Origin: an archaeon
GTDB taxonomy: Archaea > Nanobdellota > Nanobdellia > Woesearchaeales > GW2011-AR9
Assembly: GCA_018670085.1 (NCBI GenBank)
Contig: JABHRS010000008.1
Span: forward strand, 70,136 to 134,135
Reading direction: 5' to 3'
DNA length: 64,000 nt
Shown: positions 27,658 to 35,592 of the stretch, in pieces
Layout of the letters: every line of letters begins with the position of its first letter
How positions within the stretch are numbered: the first letter of the stretch is position 1
The notes under the pieces: model-generated
What the model was told of the DNA's origin: nothing
Seen by the model: only the letters and a program-made list of their open reading frames with translations
Databases searched by the model: none
Position numbers and translations under genes: made by a program

Positions 27658-28707
27658 ATGTACTTTCTTCCTAAGGAATATCAGGACCAACTAGACCAAA
27701 ATATCGCTACCTTCTGGGCTGTTCTTAAAACTTGTATAAAAATTAAAAAAGATGAAAAAATCTTAATTATTACTGATTATGGGAATACAAATCATAATCT
27801 TTCTTATTTGCTTGCTAAAGGGTATCAAAAGGCACTTGAAAAAAAAGGATTCATGGTGGAGTTTTTAGTGCAAGATATCAAAAAGGGATTCATGCATGTT
27901 GATTCACATGTTCGTCAGGCGCTTGATCTATTGCCAGAGAATAATGTGATTATTGTAAGTGTATCAAATAAATTAGGTCGCTTTGGAGAGCGGCGTAGTT
28001 TTCGACAATTTGCTCGGGAAAAAGGTCATAGGTTTTTGTCAGCGTCAGGGTTAAAAGATGCTAGGAATAGTCAATTTCCTCTGTTTATGGAAGCTATGAG
28101 AATAAATTATCACAGAATGCAAAAACGTGGAAAGGCGATCAAGAAATTGTGGGACAAAGGGAAAGAGCTGCGGATTACTTCAGAACTTGGAACAGACTTA
28201 AAAGTTGATATCACAGAAATGGAAGCTATATCCAACGCAGGAGAATATGATTCAGTGGGAAAAGGCGGAAACTTGCCGGCAGGAGAAGTATACATTGCGC
28301 CACGAGGGATGAAAGGCGTTAGTGGGAAGGTTGTTTTAGATGGAAGTATTCGTCATGAGTCTGGGAGTAAGTTATTGTCTTCACCTTTAACTATGTACAT
28401 TGAATCTGGTGCCATTGTTAAAATGGAAGGAGAAGATGCTGCTCTAATGGAGGAAACTTTTGCAACATTTGAAGCACGGGCAAAATTTCCTGAACGAGTT
28501 AGGTTAATTGGAGAAATTGGTTTTGGGATTAATTCTGGTGCTGTATTAATGGGTCTTGCTTTAATGGATGAGAAGGTAGCTGGAACTGCACATATTGGAA
28601 TTGGATCAAATGCTTGGTTTGGTGGCGCTATTAAAACAATATTTCATGGTGATCAAACTTTTAAGAATCCAACTGTTTATGTTGATGGGGTAAAAATGCT
28701 GTTGTAG
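27658..28707 (+). CDS. aminopeptidase, M29 (AmpS/PepS/aminopeptidase T) family
   Basis: GNLPAGEVYIAP, GEIGFGIN and HIGIGSN blocks are typical of the family. 349 aa. Confidence 0.7.
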   Translation: MYFLPKEYQDQLDQNIATFWAVLKTCIKIKKDEKILIITDYGNTNHNLSYLLAKGYQKALEKKGFMVEFLVQDIKKGFMHVDSHVRQALDLLPENNVIIVSVSNKLGRFGERRSFRQFAREKGHRFLSASGLKDARNSQFPLFMEAMRINYHRMQKRGKAIKKLWDKGKELRITSELGTDLKVDITEMEAISNAGEYDSVGKGGNLPAGEVYIAPRGMKGVSGKVVLDGSIRHESGSKLLSSPLTMYIESGAIVKMEGEDAALMEETFATFEARAKFPERVRLIGEIGFGINSGAVLMGLALMDEKVAGTAHIGIGSNAWFGGAIKTIFHGDQTFKNPTVYVDGVKMLL

Positions 28708-28733
28708 TGATCTTGGTGCTGTAGAATTGAACT

Positions 28734-29306
28734 TTATTCTCTTTCAATTTCTTCCTTAGTTACACAATTTATTATCTTAGAAGGTTTGTTTTTGATTTCA
28801 CCATCATAGATAATAAAATTTACTTGAGCTTGAATGTCTGGATCTAAAGTTTCAAGTGTAGTCATGAACCTTTCACCTGATTTGTTAACTGAAGTTGTGA
28901 TGATTGGAATTTCCATCTCATGGAAGAAATTTGACAAGTAATGGTGAGGAATTCTTACTCCTAGTGAATTTTTTGCTGGGTTAATAATCTCTGGTAGATG
29001 ATGACCTTTTTTTTGTAGAAGGATTAAAGTGTATGGTCCTGGAAGTTTGTCTAAATATTCTGTAGCCAATTCGCTGCTTGTGTCACAATTATTTTGAATC
29101 CATTCTTTATTTGGAGCCCAAATCGAAAAAGCAGAATTTGGCCTTTGTTTGATCTTTCTAATTTTTTGAATTGCAGCAGAGTTGAGCGCATTACAACCAA
29201 TTCCATAAATTGTATCAGTTGGATAAATGAAAATAGCACCTTCCATTATTTTTCTTTGAAGTTCACGTTTTCTTAAGGTAAAATCACGTTTGGTTAATAT
29301 TTCCAT
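28734..29306 (-). CDS. L-threonylcarbamoyladenylate synthase, short YrdC/TsaC(Sua5)-type (t6A pathway)
   Basis: IFIYPTDTIYGIGCNA, LPGPYTLIL, GVRIP and ITTSVNKSGE. 190 aa. Confidence 0.85.
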   Translation of the reverse strand: MEILTKRDFTLRKRELQRKIMEGAIFIYPTDTIYGIGCNALNSAAIQKIRKIKQRPNSAFSIWAPNKEWIQNNCDTSSELATEYLDKLPGPYTLILLQKKGHHLPEIINPAKNSLGVRIPHHYLSNFFHEMEIPIITTSVNKSGERFMTTLETLDPDIQAQVNFIIYDGEIKNKPSKIINCVTKEEIERE

Positions 29307-29355
29307 CTTGATTGTGTGGAGAAAAAGTTTGCTTTAAAAACTTATGGAAAGTAAG

Positions 29356-29387
29356 AAAAAAATGCTCAGAAACAAAGTGTTTCTGGC
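29356..29387 (-). terminator. hairpin plus U7 on the minus strand (GCCAGAAACacuuuGUUUCUGaGC-A-UUUUUUU)
   Basis: 7-bp stem plus 2 outer pairs with one bulge, followed by T7 (29356-29362 as A7 on the plus strand). A near-identical element occurs at 39830-39861 (+). Confidence 0.5.
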
Positions 29388-29541
29388 ATATAGAAATCAG
29401 GGATTTCTTGTTCAAGAAAGCAATGCTTTCTTTGCACCCATTGCTGGGAAACTGCGCCCAATTGGACGCAGGGAACTAGAGGTGACATTTGGGTGGTAGA
29501 GGTGATTGTTGGCTAAACTTGAATAAATAAAATGTCAGCGA

Positions 29542-29766
29542 TTAAACGCTGTTATAAAAATGTAAAAAATTTGGGTCTTCATCAATATACTGATTACGGT
29601 CAGATGCTGTATAGCTGCTGACCTGTTCTGCTACATGTTGAACCTTGATACTGTATTTTTCAAGTAAATACCTCACTCGCTCTTTGGTTGTTACATGCTG
29701 AACTTCTAACCTGTTCATATTGTTTAATTCCACATTGTTTAATTCAATCATATTTGTTGTATTCAT
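29542..29766 (-). CDS. small hypothetical protein (74 aa from ATG 29766; ORF open to 29775)
   Basis: GGAGG lies 9 nt upstream of ATG 29766. This ATG overlaps the TGA of the upstream 42-aa ORF as ATGA. No recognisable motif. Confidence 0.4.
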   Translation of the reverse strand: MNTTNMIELNNVELNNMNRLEVQHVTTKERVRYLLEKYSIKVQHVAEQVSSYTASDRNQYIDEDPNFLHFYNSV

Positions 29767-29891
29767 CTGATCCATCCTCCACTAAATTGGTAATTCATTA
29801 TTTGTTCTTGACTAGCAATTGTTTGCTGAGTTAATTCTCTAACTGTTTGTTCAAATAGATGTTTGATTGTTTCTGGCCTCATATCTGACAT
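29763..29891 (-). CDS. small hypothetical protein (42 aa), below the ORF-track cutoff
   Basis: GAGGTGA (29898-29904) lies 6 nt upstream of ATG 29891. Translation: MSDMRPETIKHLFEQTVRELTQQTIASQEQIMNYQFSGGWIR*. ATGA coupling to the next ORF. Confidence 0.35.
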   Translation of the reverse strand: MSDMRPETIKHLFEQTVRELTQQTIASQEQIMNYQFSGGWIR

Positions 29892-29946
29892 TTGACATCA
29901 CCTCAATTTTGTGTTTTTTGCTGTTTTTTGTTAATTAATTGTTGCG

Positions 29947-30100
29947 GCATTGGTAAAGCCAGGCTGCTCCATTCGAGTTATCTCGAAGATCACTGGGCTT
30001 TTCATATGTCTTGGCAAGGAACGCTTGCCACAACAACTTGTTATGTTTCTTGATATTATACTAGTTGTAGAAGTTGTTTAAATACTCTATTCGCACTTGT
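29947..30100 (+). repeat. copy X of a diverged dispersed repeat (partner at 39909-40128, same orientation)
   Basis: Shared blocks in the same order: CAT..TGGTxAxGCCxGGCT, TGCTCC, TCACTG, ATGTCT(T/C)GGCAAG, ACGC..CCACxACA..AAC..TTGTT..ATG, TGTAG..TTGT..AATAC..TCTA..TTCGC. Confidence 0.5.
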
Positions 30101-30289
30101 CCAGTGGCCAGTGGCTAGCAGAAATTCTCATTGTAGGAGTGATTTTGTGTGGAAATTGAGGTGTTTTGATTGGTGTCCAGTGGCTTTGGGATCAGGGGAT
30201 CTTGAAACAAATAATCACTTAAAAAACTTGAAATTAAGAAATAATTAGTGATTTTTTAGAAATAATTAATTAAAAATTAAATTAAAAAA

Positions 30290-30667
30290 TTATACAAGAA
30301 CCGCATTCATACATCCTTCTTGTCCAGGACGTGATGTGATCTTTGCTTTACCAAGTTTTGTTTCAACAACTGCACCTTTAGTTAAAATGTTTCGACGTAC
30401 AAGATGAGGATTAGCTGCGTTTTCAACTACATTTACAATAGTTGTTTTTTGAGCTTTTCCATCTTTACCCATTACATTTACTTGGTCACCAGCTAAAAGA
30501 ACACGCTTAACTGTTCCACCACATGCTCGAACAGATTTGGTTCGGGTCTCAGTTGAAATTTTTGTGTTAGCTGCAAATCTAGAAAGTTCTTTTTTTCTTT
30601 TAGTTCGATCATCCCAGTATCTTCCACCAGTTGATTTTCGCTTTGCTCTTCGTTGACTTGTTGCCAT
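30290..30667 (-). CDS. rps8e: 30S ribosomal protein S8e
   Basis: RKSTGGRY...KRKKEL...GGTVKRVLL...NPHLVRRNILTKGAVVET...ITSRPGQEGCMNAVL matches the S8e pattern, an archaeal/eukaryotic-only family. Confidence 0.9.
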   Translation of the reverse strand: MATSQRRAKRKSTGGRYWDDRTKRKKELSRFAANTKISTETRTKSVRACGGTVKRVLLAGDQVNVMGKDGKAQKTTIVNVVENAANPHLVRRNILTKGAVVETKLGKAKITSRPGQEGCMNAVLV

Positions 30668-30690
30668 TAAACATGTTTGAAGACTGGTTC

Positions 30691-30698
30691 TTTTTAAA
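30691..30698 (-). promoter_or_regulatory. TATA box (TTTAAAAA on minus strand) of rps8e
   Basis: Its 5' end is 31 nt upstream of ATG 30667. Confidence 0.5.
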
Positions 30699-30910
30699 CG
30701 TTACGGTTTGCGAGCCTCTATTTGATCAATCTGATACAATTTGAATAATAATTTTTCTATTTTTGGGGATTTATGGCTCATTTCCCTTATTTAAGGTAAT
30801 TTCTGCCTTATCTGTTTAAAATAGGTAGTTAATTGTTTATTCTGATCCGAATATATATCAATTTTACTTTCAAAAGTTATATATAGTCTATTATCTTTTC
30901 TTTTTCTTGG

Positions 30911-31693
30911 ATGGGAGCAAAAAAGTTATATTCTGAACTAAAGATAATCGATGGCTGTGGCTACTTTTTATTTGGCGCAGAGCATTATTCTCCGACTGAT
31001 ACATTTGTTGGTAAGGTTCCATTTCAGGGTGAAATGAATTTGTATGTGTTCTCTGAAGCCTTTCAAGGTGAAGCTGGTGACAAGTTTGTAAATTTTCAGG
31101 GGCACTTGGCTAGATTACGGGATTTGTATGAGGATGTAATGCAACATGCGGACCCTATCAAAGCTTTACGAAATTCTCATCAAAGTTTGGATGCAAAGTT
31201 TGACAGTAAGGTATCGGCGCATTTGAACAGTCGTGCTGGACATATTGGATTGCAGAGAATGCTTCGAGATAATGGTTATAATTGGATGAGTGCTGAGTTA
31301 GCGCTATTTAGAGATAAGGTGCCAGCTGAGTTTGTTGATAGTTACCTCAGAGAAAATGGTCAACTTGGTTATGGGATTGCTGCAGCTAGTTCGCAGCTTA
31401 AACTTGAACAACAGTTAGAGCGTTTGGAATCTGTTGATGGACAAATGAGGGAGTTTAATCAGTTGTTGTATAATGAACTTCGTAAAACTGTTTTAAGTGC
31501 TAGAGGGCAAAAAATTATCTTGGATAAATTTGGTTCTGAAGGTATTAAAGAAGCATCTGTTTATTTTGCAAACACCGTTAAATTACTCCCAGAATTTTGT
31601 CCAAGGTTAGAAGGTTTGCGTCGGCTATCGTCTGATTCTTTGTTGGAGCGAAGTTATGTAACTGATGACTTAAGAGAATATTCTGCTAGTTGA
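30911..31693 (+). CDS. hypothetical cytoplasmic protein (260 aa)
   Basis: Long ORF with no signal peptide or known motif. TTATATATA box about 33 nt upstream. Visibly more G+C and more Arg/Gly/Ala than its neighbours. Confidence 0.5.
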   Translation: MGAKKLYSELKIIDGCGYFLFGAEHYSPTDTFVGKVPFQGEMNLYVFSEAFQGEAGDKFVNFQGHLARLRDLYEDVMQHADPIKALRNSHQSLDAKFDSKVSAHLNSRAGHIGLQRMLRDNGYNWMSAELALFRDKVPAEFVDSYLRENGQLGYGIAAASSQLKLEQQLERLESVDGQMREFNQLLYNELRKTVLSARGQKIILDKFGSEGIKEASVYFANTVKLLPEFCPRLEGLRRLSSDSLLERSYVTDDLREYSAS

Positions 31694-31701
31694 TTGTTAG
31701 G

Positions 31702-31736
31702 TTTTTTTTTTTTTTAGTATCTTTTTTTTTTTTTTT
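31702..31736 (+). terminator. two oligo-T tracts (T14 and T15)
   Basis: Starts 9 nt after stop 31693. Followed by the palindrome AATGAAT-T-ATTCATT (31738-31752) between convergent genes. Confidence 0.5.
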
Positions 31737-31764
31737 GAATGAATTATTCATTGAAATTCTTAAT

Positions 31765-33630
31765 TTATTTTTTACTTAGAACTTTCTTCATTAATGATTT
31801 TTTACCAGTCCAATCAAGTGCATGTTCTAAAACTTCACTAATTGTACTAACAGGAATAATCTCAACTTTTTCTAATTCTTCTTTACTCAAAACAATGTCT
31901 TGTAAGTTGCTACTTGGAACTAATACCTTTGCAATTCCACTATGAATTGCAGCTTCTATTTTATACGAAACACCACCAATTGGAAGTACTTCTCCACGTA
32001 CAGAAAGGGAACCTGTCATTGCAATATTTTGATGAATTGGAATTTGTTTTAACGCTGAGATGATGGAAGTTGCAACAGCAATACTCGCACTATCACCTTC
32101 AACACCTTCATAAGTTTGTAAAAATTGAACGAAAATATCTTTGTTCTCTTTAATGTCTTCACCGAAATAAGACATAATAATTGCTGAAACATTTGTGATA
32201 GCTTCCTTTGCAATTTCACCTAGTTTTCCAGTTGCAACAATTTGTGCTTTCTTTCCACCAATAGTTACTTCGGATTCGATTGGTAGCAGAACACCAGAAT
32301 AACCTTCACCATTACCCATCACAGCTAAACCATTTACACGCCCAACTCTTACACCTTCGGTAATAAAAACTTCATACTCACGCTTACGTTCAATGTGACG
32401 ATCAGCCATTTGTTGTTCTAGAGGTCTTGCAAATAATCTGGCGTTTTTAACATGAGATGCCCTTACAAACTCTGCATTTTCTTCTTTAGCTAAATCTCCA
32501 GCAGCTCGAACAAGCCCACCAAGCCCACGTAGTTTGAGAGTTAGACAATGTTTTCTGTTAGCTCTACGTTTTGCTTCTTGAATAATTTCTTTAATAGCAT
32601 CGATTGCAAAATGAGGGATTTTTCCATTTTCTCTTTTAACTTCTTGAGCAATGAATTTGGCAATTTTTAATCTGTTATCTTTATTGTCTTCCATGGTTTC
32701 ATGCATATAAATTTCGTAACCGTAACCACGGATTCTACTCCTTAATGCTGGGTGCATGTTTTTGACAGTGTCTAAGTTACCTGCTGCGACGAGAATAAAA
32801 TCGCAAGGAACAGCTTCAGTTCGAACCATTGCTCCACTACTACGTTCTGATTGACCAGTAATTGGAAACTTTTTTTCTTGAATTGCACTTAATAGTTCTT
32901 GTTGAGTTCGAAGCGCTAAGGTTGCAATTTCATCAATAAATAAAACGCCCTTGTTTGCTTTGTGGATCATTCCACCAACTACACGTTGATTTGCAGGAGT
33001 TCCAAGTCCGCCGGACTGGAGTGGATCGTGAAGAACATCACCTAAAAGGGCACCTGCGTGCGCTCCAGTTGCATCATAAAAAGCAGTAGCTTTTTTGTTT
33101 TTTTTATCGCTTTTGTCGACGATAAGTTTTGGATAAATAACTTTGTCTCCACCAAACGCTTTTGGTCCAATGTTCATCATAACTGAAAAAGCTACTAAAA
33201 ACATCATCCCACCTAAGAAGAATGCTGCGAACATAATGTCTGAATTGTAATAATGTCTTGCCCACCAAGGAGCAATCATAACTATAATTGCTAAAATGAA
33301 AGTTAAAAAACGCATATTTTTGAAAGCTTGTTTGCTATCAACTTGGGCTCTACGAACTGTATCTCTTCCAGTTCCGGCTGCAATTTCTTTGATCATAGGT
33401 TCGTTTTCGTCGTGAGGATTTGGAAGTGAGAGAATGTCTTTTAGTTCGCTTTTTGGCAGTAGTTCTGAAAGAGCTAAACCTAACATTGATTTACCAGTTC
33501 CAGGTTCGCCAATTAAGAGGACATGTCTTCTTTGAAGCGCTGCTTTTTTGATGACAGCGATTGCTTCTTCTTGGCCTACTACCTGTTCGATCAATTTACT
33601 AGAAACTTTGATGTCTTTAGTGGATTTCAT
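31765..33630 (-). CDS. lonB: archaeal membrane-bound Lon protease (LonB)
   Basis: Walker [11 protein letters not shown] insertion in the AAA+ module ([16 protein letters not shown]...[16 protein letters not shown]). C-terminal Lon protease domain ([16 protein letters not shown]; [16 protein letters not shown]). Confidence 0.9.
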   Translation of the reverse strand: MKSTKDIKVSSKLIEQVVGQEEAIAVIKKAALQRRHVLLIGEPGTGKSMLGLALSELLPKSELKDILSLPNPHDENEPMIKEIAAGTGRDTVRRAQVDSKQAFKNMRFLTFILAIIVMIAPWWARHYYNSDIMFAAFFLGGMMFLVAFSVMMNIGPKAFGGDKVIYPKLIVDKSDKKNKKATAFYDATGAHAGALLGDVLHDPLQSGGLGTPANQRVVGGMIHKANKGVLFIDEIATLALRTQQELLSAIQEKKFPITGQSERSSGAMVRTEAVPCDFILVAAGNLDTVKNMHPALRSRIRGYGYEIYMHETMEDNKDNRLKIAKFIAQEVKRENGKIPHFAIDAIKEIIQEAKRRANRKHCLTLKLRGLGGLVRAAGDLAKEENAEFVRASHVKNARLFARPLEQQMADRHIERKREYEVFITEGVRVGRVNGLAVMGNGEGYSGVLLPIESEVTIGGKKAQIVATGKLGEIAKEAITNVSAIIMSYFGEDIKENKDIFVQFLQTYEGVEGDSASIAVATSIISALKQIPIHQNIAMTGSLSVRGEVLPIGGVSYKIEAAIHSGIAKVLVPSSNLQDIVLSKEELEKVEIIPVSTISEVLEHALDWTGKKSLMKKVLSKK

Positions 33631-33800
33631 ATTGTTTTCTTTTACACAGGATAAATGAGCTTGTATATGATCTTGTACAGAAATCGATATTTTATAAGGG
33701 TTGTGGAGCTGTGGTAGTTATAGGGGGGAAATGATTGTTGAATCAAAAATAACTGGTTTATTTGGAATAATTGAGAATTTACTTTTTTTTGAGCTGAAGA

Positions 33801-33809
33801 TTTTTAAAT
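33801..33809 (+). promoter_or_regulatory. TATA box (TTTTTAAAT)
   Basis: Starts 30 nt upstream of ATG 33831. Confidence 0.5.
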
Positions 33810-33830
33810 GTGGGCCTTTAATTAGGGTTT

Positions 33831-34262
33831 ATGTCAAACGATGCTACAAATACATCTACTTCCACTGATACTAAGTCTACTCAATATTCTCGCTCGGAAA
33901 TGAGAATCATAGGTGGAACTATAGGTGAGTTGGATTCAGCTATTGGTGAATTTATGGCGGCTCATGGAAGTTATAATCGTTGTTATGGTGAATTGGCGAA
34001 AAAAGGTTTATTTGATGAAAATCCTTCCAAAAGAGAATTTGCTGAGAGAAGACTTACTACAGATGAACGTGTGAAATGGGGAATTGCTACTGATCGATGT
34101 AAGAGAGCTGCAAATAGGTATTTTAGCGCTGCTGAAAATTACGCTGGACTTCCAGTTGATTTTCCTGAACATGAGGTTGGGCTTTCAGCAAGGTTACAAA
34201 CAGCGTTTGAAACAGCAGCAGGCATCTTTGATGATCCTAAGAATGAGTATGGAGCTTTTTGA
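33831..34262 (+). CDS. hypothetical protein (143 aa)
   Basis: ORF with a canonical -30 TATA. No known motif. Arg/Gly/Ala-richer than its neighbours. Confidence 0.5.
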   Translation: MSNDATNTSTSTDTKSTQYSRSEMRIIGGTIGELDSAIGEFMAAHGSYNRCYGELAKKGLFDENPSKREFAERRLTTDERVKWGIATDRCKRAANRYFSAAENYAGLPVDFPEHEVGLSARLQTAFETAAGIFDDPKNEYGAF

Positions 34263-34305
34263 TTTATTCTTGTTTTAATTTTTTATTAGAATTCTATTAA
34301 TTTAA

Positions 34306-35181
34306 TTAAGCAGCTTCTGCTTTCGCTTTTCTTTTAGCAACTCTTGCTTCCCTTGCTTTTGCAAAATTAGCTTTTCTTTTCTCTTTAGCAGCTTCAATTT
34401 CAGCTTCTTCTAATTTCTTCTCTTTAAGCGCCTCAGATTTGGCTTTCTTTTTTGCGTGTTTTTCAGAATACATTCTTAAATAAATTTCATCAAAAGGTTT
34501 TTCTTGTGTAGTATCAATTTTTTTTTCGTTTGATAAATGTAGAAGTGGAATGAAAGTATGTACTTTTTCCTGTTTACCTGCACGTGGCGGCAAAAGTGAA
34601 GTAAAAGTTAAGGTTTCTTGTTCTTTCTTTTTAGTGTAATAAGTAATTTTGTTTAACAGTTCACGGATACTATTAGTTACATCAAATGAACCTTCTGGCA
34701 TTTTGAAATCGTAATTTGGTCTGTCTGCTGTTAATTTTCTTTTCCTAGTCTTCATTGCTTTTTGAAGCGCTTCAACTAAATCATGAATGGAAACTTTACG
34801 TCTTCTAGGTTGAGGATTACGTCTAATCAGAGTGTAAGGATCTAGGTTTCTTTTCTTTCTAGAAGTATCAGTATCATAATAGTCGTCGTCAAATTCTTCT
34901 TCATCATTATCATTTAGAAGTTGATCAAGCATTGTAATGTCATGTTCAAGTAAATGGTGACTCTTTAGTTTGAAAAGCATAGCGGCTGCTAAAAACATTT
35001 TCCCAGAAACTTTTAGGTCTGCTTCTTGCATTTTTTGAACAGTTTTGATGAAGGTCTTAGTTAATTCAGTGATATCAATATCCCAGGGATCCATACCTTC
35101 TTTGTTTACTAAGTCTACTAGAAGATTTTTCCAATCAATATCACTGTGTTTTAAGACAATGTGTTCAATGTGTTCTTGCAT
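34306..35181 (-). CDS. scpA: segregation and condensation protein A (kleisin ScpA) with a Lys-rich C-terminal tail
   Basis: MDPWDIDITELTKTFI N-terminal ScpA motif. C-terminal tail KKAKSEALKEKKLEEAEIEAAKEKRKANFAKAREARVAKRKAKAEAA. Confidence 0.75.
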   Translation of the reverse strand: MQEHIEHIVLKHSDIDWKNLLVDLVNKEGMDPWDIDITELTKTFIKTVQKMQEADLKVSGKMFLAAAMLFKLKSHHLLEHDITMLDQLLNDNDEEEFDDDYYDTDTSRKKRNLDPYTLIRRNPQPRRRKVSIHDLVEALQKAMKTRKRKLTADRPNYDFKMPEGSFDVTNSIRELLNKITYYTKKKEQETLTFTSLLPPRAGKQEKVHTFIPLLHLSNEKKIDTTQEKPFDEIYLRMYSEKHAKKKAKSEALKEKKLEEAEIEAAKEKRKANFAKAREARVAKRKAKAEAA

Positions 35182-35203
35182 GGCTTTAATGAAGGGTTGA
35201 GGG

Positions 35204-35211
35204 TTTTAAAG
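35204..35211 (-). promoter_or_regulatory. TATA box (CTTTAAAA on minus strand) of scpA
   Basis: Its 5' end is 30 nt upstream of ATG 35181. Confidence 0.5.
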
Positions 35212-35266
35212 CGTTTTGGTTTTTGAAGTGTATAACTGATCTGTTGGGATTTAATCTCTTTTTAAC

Positions 35267-35416
35267 CAGTTCTGTAGAAACCCGGCCTTAGATTCTGGGT
35301 GGGGCCAAGGTTCGCGCTTCTTAACTTCATCTTTACAAGGCTCAGGTCGATTAATTTAGCTCTTTCGAATTTTATTTGCTCTGGCAGGTTCTTCCCCAAA
35401 AAGGTTTCTACAGAGC
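35267..35416. mobile_element. MITE-like 150-bp element with terminal inverted repeats and flanking direct repeats
   Basis: GTTCTGTAGAAACC (35269-35282) is the reverse complement of GGTTTCTACAGAGC (35403-35416) at 13 of 14 positions. CTTTTTAAC flanks both sides (35258-35266 and 35417-35425). The interior is GC-richer than the surrounding spacer and has no ORF. Confidence 0.4.
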
Positions 35417-35431
35417 CTTTTTAACAATAAC

Positions 35432-35440
35432 TTTTATAAA
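35432..35440 (+). promoter_or_regulatory. TATA box (TTTTATAAA) of tRNA-Val
   Basis: Starts 37 nt upstream of the mature tRNA 5' end. With the -30 rule this implies a leader of about 7 nt. Confidence 0.45.
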
Positions 35441-35468
35441 CAGCTAGTAATCTTGATTAGCTTATTGT

Positions 35469-35568
35469 GGGCTTGTGGTCTAGTGGCTATGACAGTGCCC
35501 TTACATTTCAGTTTTTCGGAATTGGATAAGTGAGGCATTGATCCCCGGTTCGAGTCCGGGCAGGCCCA
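35469..35568 (+). tRNA. tRNA-Val (anticodon UAC) with a 27-nt intron (35506-35532) at the canonical 37/38 position
   Basis: Acceptor GGGCUUG/CAGGCCC, discriminator A. D arm GUCU-AGUGGCUA-UGAC. Anticodon stem GUGCC/GGCAU, loop CU-UAC-A|intron|A. T arm CCCGG-UUCGAGU-CCGGG. The junctions fold into hBHBh': central helix CUUA/UAAG, 3-nt bulges CA|U and UG|A, inner helix UUCA/UGGA. CCA is not encoded. Confidence 0.9.
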
Positions 35569-35592
35569 CTCTTTATTCTAATAGGTAAATTG

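Noticed and set aside
29936-30045. Three-way-junction fold, with CCAUUCGAG...CUCGAAGAUCAC reminiscent of 5S rRNA helix III and loop C; also considered as tRNA-like
   Set aside because: It lacks loop C (only a 4-nt loop), loop E and the correct length. The homologous copy at 39909-40060 does not conserve any of the helices. No cloverleaf can be drawn on either strand.
31739-31945. 68-aa plus-strand ORF
   Set aside because: It overlaps the 3' end of lonB on the opposite strand and starts in the terminator region.
35271-35292. CTGTAGAAACCCGGCCTTAGA resembles the RNase P RNA CR-V/P4 strand (ACAGAACCCGGCUUA)
   Set aside because: An RNase P RNA ending here would have to overlap the scpA coding region and promoter. 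No GAGGAAAGUCC (CR-I) partner is present anywhere nearby. The same bases are better explained as one arm of a 14-bp inverted repeat.
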